DNA of 42,161 bases from a virus (Duplodnaviria; Caudoviricetes). The notes beneath the pieces were generated by a model. The model did no database searches, had not been told where the DNA came from, and was given only the letters and a program-made list of their open reading frames with translations. Positions 38,092-42,161 of this stretch are shown piece by piece; position 1 is the first letter of the stretch; every line of letters begins with the position of its first letter. The stretch spans positions 1 to 42,161 of IMG/VR virus record IMGVR_UViG_3300028585_000518, one strand, 5' to 3'. Made by a program: the position numbers and the translations under genes.

Positions 38092-39150
38092 ATGGCCCGC
38101 CTTCGTGGCAAACGCTGGATGGCTGATGTAAGGGCCCCCAACGGGGAGCGCCTTCGCCCCACCTTCGCCCAACAATCCGACGCCGACGCATGGGAAGAAG
38201 AGGCCCGCCTAGCGATCCTCGACGGTCGCCCCATCCCCGACCCAAAGAGCGGCCTAGCGCCGGGCAAGTCCGCCCCCGGTAAGCTGCACTCCCTCGGTGG
38301 CCTGTTCGAGCACGTTGTCGCCTCCGAATGGCGCGGCACACGGGGCGAGAAGACGGCAACCCTGAACGCCCAGCACGTTGTCGATTACTTCGGGCGGAAC
38401 CGTGACGTTGCGAAAATCACCAGCGAAGACATTGCGAATATGCGTGTCCACTTCGCCGACAAGGGGCTGGCGGCTGCTACGGTCAACCGGAAGACCGCCG
38501 CCCTGTCCAAGATGCTCCACGTCGCCCACGACGCCGGGGTGATCCCGAAGATGCCCCGGATCAAGTTCAAGCAGGAGCTCAAGACCAAGTTCCGCTATCT
38601 GGACGATCAGGAGCAGGACGTTCTGCTGGCCTACTGGACCGCCCAAGGCGACAAGGACATGCACGATCTGTCCGCCTTCCTGATCGACACGGGGGCCCGC
38701 TGCTTCACCGAAGCCATCCCCGTCCGCTGGGACCACTTCGCGCCCAATTTCACCTCCGTGACGTTCTGGCACACGAAGACCAACAGCCCCCGCTCGGTGC
38801 CCCTGACGAGCCGCATGAGGGCCATCCTCAAGGACCGCAAGAACCGCGCACCGAAGAACGCCGGGCCCTTCTGCGGGGTCCAGCACGGCGGCGACGTGGG
38901 CATGACGATCAAGAAGCGCACCCTGCACACCAAATGGGAGCAGATGCGGGGCCTGACGGGGCTGGATGAGGTCACACCGCACACCCTGCGCCACACCTGC
39001 TGCACTCGCCTGATCCTCGGCGGGGCGGACATTAAGCGCGTCATGACGTGGATGGGTCACACGACCATCGCCACGACCATGCGCTACATGCAGATCAAGC
39101 CAACGGCACTCGAAGACGTGCTCCATATCCTCGAAGGGAAAGCCGCATGA
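38092..39150 (+). CDS. int: Tyrosine recombinase / integrase
   Basis: DTGAR, TKT, HTLRH, MGH, TMRY give a full R-K-H-R-H-Y set. Confidence 0.97.
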   Translation: MARLRGKRWMADVRAPNGERLRPTFAQQSDADAWEEEARLAILDGRPIPDPKSGLAPGKSAPGKLHSLGGLFEHVVASEWRGTRGEKTATLNAQHVVDYFGRNRDVAKITSEDIANMRVHFADKGLAAATVNRKTAALSKMLHVAHDAGVIPKMPRIKFKQELKTKFRYLDDQEQDVLLAYWTAQGDKDMHDLSAFLIDTGARCFTEAIPVRWDHFAPNFTSVTFWHTKTNSPRSVPLTSRMRAILKDRKNRAPKNAGPFCGVQHGGDVGMTIKKRTLHTKWEQMRGLTGLDEVTPHTLRHTCCTRLILGGADIKRVMTWMGHTTIATTMRYMQIKPTALEDVLHILEGKAA

Positions 39151-39395
39151 CGACGATAAAGCTCACGGAGAGCACAGACGCCCGCAACGGTCGCATGTGG
39201 GATCGACTCAAGGGCGAGACTTCCCCCTTTCACGCCCATTGCGTCCTGATCGAATGGCAGGACCTTGGGTATCAGGGGAAGGGAAAGATGACTGCGTGGT
39301 CGGAAGGCCCCAAAGGGCTACGAGATCGCATTAAGCGGGGGGTTCCCGGCTATGAAGAACTGATCCAGCAATGGTCCCAAAAGCTGGCCCCGTGA
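39147..39395 (+). CDS. Hypothetical protein
   Basis: ATGA overlap with int stop. Confidence 0.65.
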   Translation: MTTIKLTESTDARNGRMWDRLKGETSPFHAHCVLIEWQDLGYQGKGKMTAWSEGPKGLRDRIKRGVPGYEELIQQWSQKLAP

Positions 39396-39407
39396 TCGGG
39401 CCGGGGG

Positions 39408-39425
39408 ATTACCCCACCGTTTAGG
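39408..39425 (+). promoter_or_regulatory. Phage RNAP promoter, copy 5, downstream of int
   Basis: Exact motif. Confidence 0.9.
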
Positions 39426-39514
39426 TCCCTCCCTCCCCCTCTTCATTTACTTAACAGTTATTGACGGGAGCCTCTGCCAGATCGGCGGGGGCTTCTCTCG
39501 TCATGGAGAACGAC

Positions 39515-39685
39515 ATGATCCGACGCCTCAAAGCGTGGGCCGACCGAGTATTGCCCCGCTACCCCCGAGCCCATGTGGAAGCCCTTGAACAGGACAACGC
39601 AAAGCTCCGCCAACGCATCCAATTCCTGACCGCCCCGGACGAAGAGTTCGGCATGTGGGTCCTTGAGTATGAGGTCACCGAATGA
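39515..39685 (+). CDS. Small hypothetical protein
   Basis: GGAG RBS at 39505; short coiled coil. Confidence 0.6.
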   Translation: MIRRLKAWADRVLPRYPRAHVEALEQDNAKLRQRIQFLTAPDEEFGMWVLEYEVTE

Positions 39686-40422
39686 CACCCCAAGAGTTCA
39701 CCTTCCAAGATCACCCCATCAGAACCCTCAAGATCGCCGGGGAGCCGTGGCTGGTCGCCGTGGACGTTCTCCGGGCATTGGGGATTGCCGTGGACGCCAC
39801 CAAAGGAGCACACAATAAGCTCCTGATCCTCGACGCTGACGAAAAGCGGGTGGAGAAGATACCCCTACAAACTTTGACGGGCAATGTTGGCAACCCCTCC
39901 CCGCGCACCACCCTCATTTCCGAGAGCGGCTTCTATAAGCTGACCATGCGGGCCCAGCGGAAGAACCCGAAGGCCCGTGAGTTTCAGGACTGGGTGACGA
40001 AGACGGTCCTCCCTTCGATCCGCAAGGACGGGGGTTACGTCATGGGGGAGGAGAAGCTGGCCTCGGGAGAGATCAGCGAGGAGGAGTTCGTCCTCAAGGC
40101 GATGGAGATGCAGCGCCGGAAGATCGAGCGACTGACGGCCAAGGTCGCGGTCCTGTCCGACGAATATGAGTTCGTCTCCATCGCGGAGTTCGTCTCCTCC
40201 AACCACGTCTACCTCGGGAACACCGACCGGGCCCGTCTGGCTGCCCGCGCACGGCGCATTGCCAAGGCTGACGGGGTGGAGCTCAAGAAGAGCCCCCGCG
40301 TCTTCCAATCCATGAACGGACCCATCGACACGGCGGTCAACATTTACCCGCGTGGCGTCCTCGACCGGGCCACCGCAGAGCTCGACTTGTTCGCCACGCG
40401 GAAGCTCGGGGATGCGGTATGA
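39682..40422 (+). CDS. BRO-N domain protein (antirepressor-like)
   Basis: GEPWLVAVDV..ALG, ISESGFYKL, AREFQDWVT..VLPSIRKDGGY. Confidence 0.92.
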   Translation: MTPQEFTFQDHPIRTLKIAGEPWLVAVDVLRALGIAVDATKGAHNKLLILDADEKRVEKIPLQTLTGNVGNPSPRTTLISESGFYKLTMRAQRKNPKAREFQDWVTKTVLPSIRKDGGYVMGEEKLASGEISEEEFVLKAMEMQRRKIERLTAKVAVLSDEYEFVSIAEFVSSNHVYLGNTDRARLAARARRIAKADGVELKKSPRVFQSMNGPIDTAVNIYPRGVLDRATAELDLFATRKLGDAV

Positions 40423-40556
40423 AGGCGGGCCTGATCGTCCGCCTCGCGTCCTTCTGGGTGGGAGCCCACTGGTCCCCTTACAACCGCCGCCTGTGCGTCA
40501 ACTTGATCCCCTGCGTGACCCTCTGGGTGACGCTGCCGGGAGGGAATACACCATGA
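40419..40556 (+). CDS. Small hypothetical protein (45 aa)
   Basis: Translated by hand (MKAGLIVRLASFWVGAHWSPYNRRLC...); ATGA coupling at both ends. Confidence 0.65.
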   Translation: MKAGLIVRLASFWVGAHWSPYNRRLCVNLIPCVTLWVTLPGGNTP

Positions 40557-40789
40557 AGCCGAACCTCGTTCACTCGCTGGACGCCGACCACCTCAACCAC
40601 AAACTACCGCTGACCCTGACGGCCATAAGCGGGTCACTTCCCGAGGAGCTGGAAAAAGTCCGCACCGAGGCTCTCGCGCGGCTGCGTGAAATTGATGATG
40701 CCCATAGGAAGGCCCGTCAGCACCTCGTGGAGGCTCTGTGCCGGATCGAGGCGGTGCGCCCGGTGACTTACCTCGTGGTGCCCGCGTGA
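40553..40789 (+). CDS. Hypothetical protein
   Basis: GGGAGG RBS, ATG 40553. Confidence 0.65.
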   Translation: MKPNLVHSLDADHLNHKLPLTLTAISGSLPEELEKVRTEALARLREIDDAHRKARQHLVEALCRIEAVRPVTYLVVPA

Positions 40790-41019
40790 AGCTGAACCCC
40801 GTCTTCAACCGCCGCTTCGGTCAGTGGCGCATCTACCACGATCAGCCCTGCCAGCGTGGAGAAACCTCAATCGTCGCCGCGATCACTACGACCGGGAACG
40901 ACGACGAGGATGAACGGATCGCCCGCATGATCTGCGAACGGTTCAACGTCCTCGAAGACGCAGAGAAGTCCTTGTTCAATGCCATTATCTACGGCAGGTC
41001 CGACCACTCCCCGGCGTAG
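40786..41019 (+). CDS. Hypothetical protein
   Basis: GTGA coupling to the upstream gene. Confidence 0.6.
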   Translation: MKLNPVFNRRFGQWRIYHDQPCQRGETSIVAAITTTGNDDEDERIARMICERFNVLEDAEKSLFNAIIYGRSDHSPA

Positions 41020-41161
41020 GGGTCCCACCCGAAGAACAGCACCCCGCACAACCCCACGACTGCGGGGACGAGGAACAACAGGATCGTGAATCTTTCGGGG
41101 TTCATGGTGCCTCTTTCTGTTGCGCCCCTGCATAACCCAAAACCTCCTGAAAGGAACCCAA

Positions 41162-41422
41162 ATGACCACCTTCTCCCGCTACGGCGGGTCCATCGGGGGC
41201 CCTGCCCGCGATATTGCCCCAGTCACCCCGAGTGACGGCCTGAACCTCCCCCAAGAAGCCGCATCCCTCTACATCGAGACGGGCGGCACCCTGTCCATCA
41301 TGACCGCGTGGGGCGAGCGCCGCACCGTCAAGGTCGGGGACCTGCACACCTTCCCCGTGGGCGTCGTTCGCGTCTATGCCACGGGCACCACGGCAACGGG
41401 CATCCACGCCCTCTTGGTGTGA
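41162..41422 (+). CDS. Head spike base protein (RcGTA Rcc01079/GhsA-like)
   Basis: 86 aa; PA.....VTPSD...L......LY...GG...PV.V.RV.ATGTTATGI.AL signature; AAGGA RBS. Confidence 0.8.
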   Translation: MTTFSRYGGSIGGPARDIAPVTPSDGLNLPQEAASLYIETGGTLSIMTAWGERRTVKVGDLHTFPVGVVRVYATGTTATGIHALLV

Positions 41423-41423
41423 C

Positions 41424-42161
41424 ATGCCGGGCTTCGGACTTGGGTGGGGCTTAGGCCGCGCCCGCCGACCCCTCGGGGCCACAAGCGGCCTCGTCCCGTG
41501 GACCCTAGACGACATTCCGGTCGAGTATCGCGGGATGCTCGTGGACATGGACAAGCCGATCCTGAATGACGGGAAGGTTGCCGCCCTGTCAAACAAGTGG
41601 AGCGAAACCCTGATGTTCAGTCAGGCGGACCCGCTCTATCAGGTCCCGGCTGGCACGAGCAAAGGCTTCCCCGCGCTCCTGTTCCCAAAAACCCCAAACG
41701 CTCTTGGGCTGACGCCCACGACTAGCTTTGCCCCTGTCTGGTGGCTGTTCGTCGCAGACTACCCCACGAACCCCTTCAACACACCGTCCTTCATCCTCGA
41801 CGGGGGATCGTCAAACCGTGTCTTCGGCAACACGAACGCGGATGGGTTCAACGAAGGAAATAGCTGGACCAGCAAGTCGAACAGGAACGCGGCTGGCTAT
41901 GCCGACAAGCTGCTCCCTCTCGACCTTTCGAGTTTCCAGATACGCGGCGCAAGTATTTCAGCGCCTTGGTGCCTCGGGCGCAGGGGCACGAACCTGCAAA
42001 GCTGGCAGGACGCGATCTACCATATCATGGCCTTGAACATCGAACCCGTGGGGGACCTGCTGGCCCGTATTGAGGGCCGGGTTCACTGGGACTTCCGCAT
42101 CCAATCGAGTCTCCCTCTCGGGCACCCCTTCCGGGACGCGCCACCGATGAAACCCACCTGA
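41424..42161 (+). CDS. Putative head spike fiber (RcGTA Rcc01080/GhsB-like N-terminus)
   Basis: Starts MPGFGLGWGL, like the GLGLGL anchor peptide; directly follows the spike base gene. Confidence 0.65.
   Translation: MPGFGLGWGLGRARRPLGATSGLVPWTLDDIPVEYRGMLVDMDKPILNDGKVAALSNKWSETLMFSQADPLYQVPAGTSKGFPALLFPKTPNALGLTPTTSFAPVWWLFVADYPTNPFNTPSFILDGGSSNRVFGNTNADGFNEGNSWTSKSNRNAAGYADKLLPLDLSSFQIRGASISAPWCLGRRGTNLQSWQDAIYHIMALNIEPVGDLLARIEGRVHWDFRIQSSLPLGHPFRDAPPMKPT

Noticed and set aside
39150-42161. attP core or tRNA fragment near the integrase
   Set aside because: No tRNA-like sequence or repeat shared with the window start could be recognised; it probably lies outside the window

Overview
This window is an essentially complete, high-GC, T7-like (Autographiviridae-type) phage genome, and all credible genes are on the + strand. 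It is permuted so that it starts at the single-subunit RNA polymerase. The order is: RNAP, DNA metabolism (SSB, endonuclease I, primase-helicase, Pol A, exonuclease), virion genes with a lysis cassette between scaffold and capsid, terminase, one internal copy of the probable terminal repeat, early genes, a MarR-like repressor plus tyrosine integrase, a BRO-N gene, and a gene pair resembling RcGTA head spikes. It therefore looks like a temperate T7-like phage or prophage. The host is probably an alphaproteobacterium (Rhodobacteraceae-like), which is an inference. Read directly from the DNA: (i) five copies of a phage RNAP promoter, ATTACCCCACCGTTTA|GG; (ii) seven copies of a palindromic operator-like motif, TCCCGNTAGCGGGA, one in the early host promoter and one abutting the first phage promoter; (iii) most notably, two complete type III hammerhead ribozymes in tandem at the start of the early transcript. 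These would release a ~390-nt structured noncoding leader RNA and a 267-nt single-gene RNA with 5'-OH and cyclic-phosphate ends. Protein calls come from recalled motifs and T7 synteny; no database searches were run.
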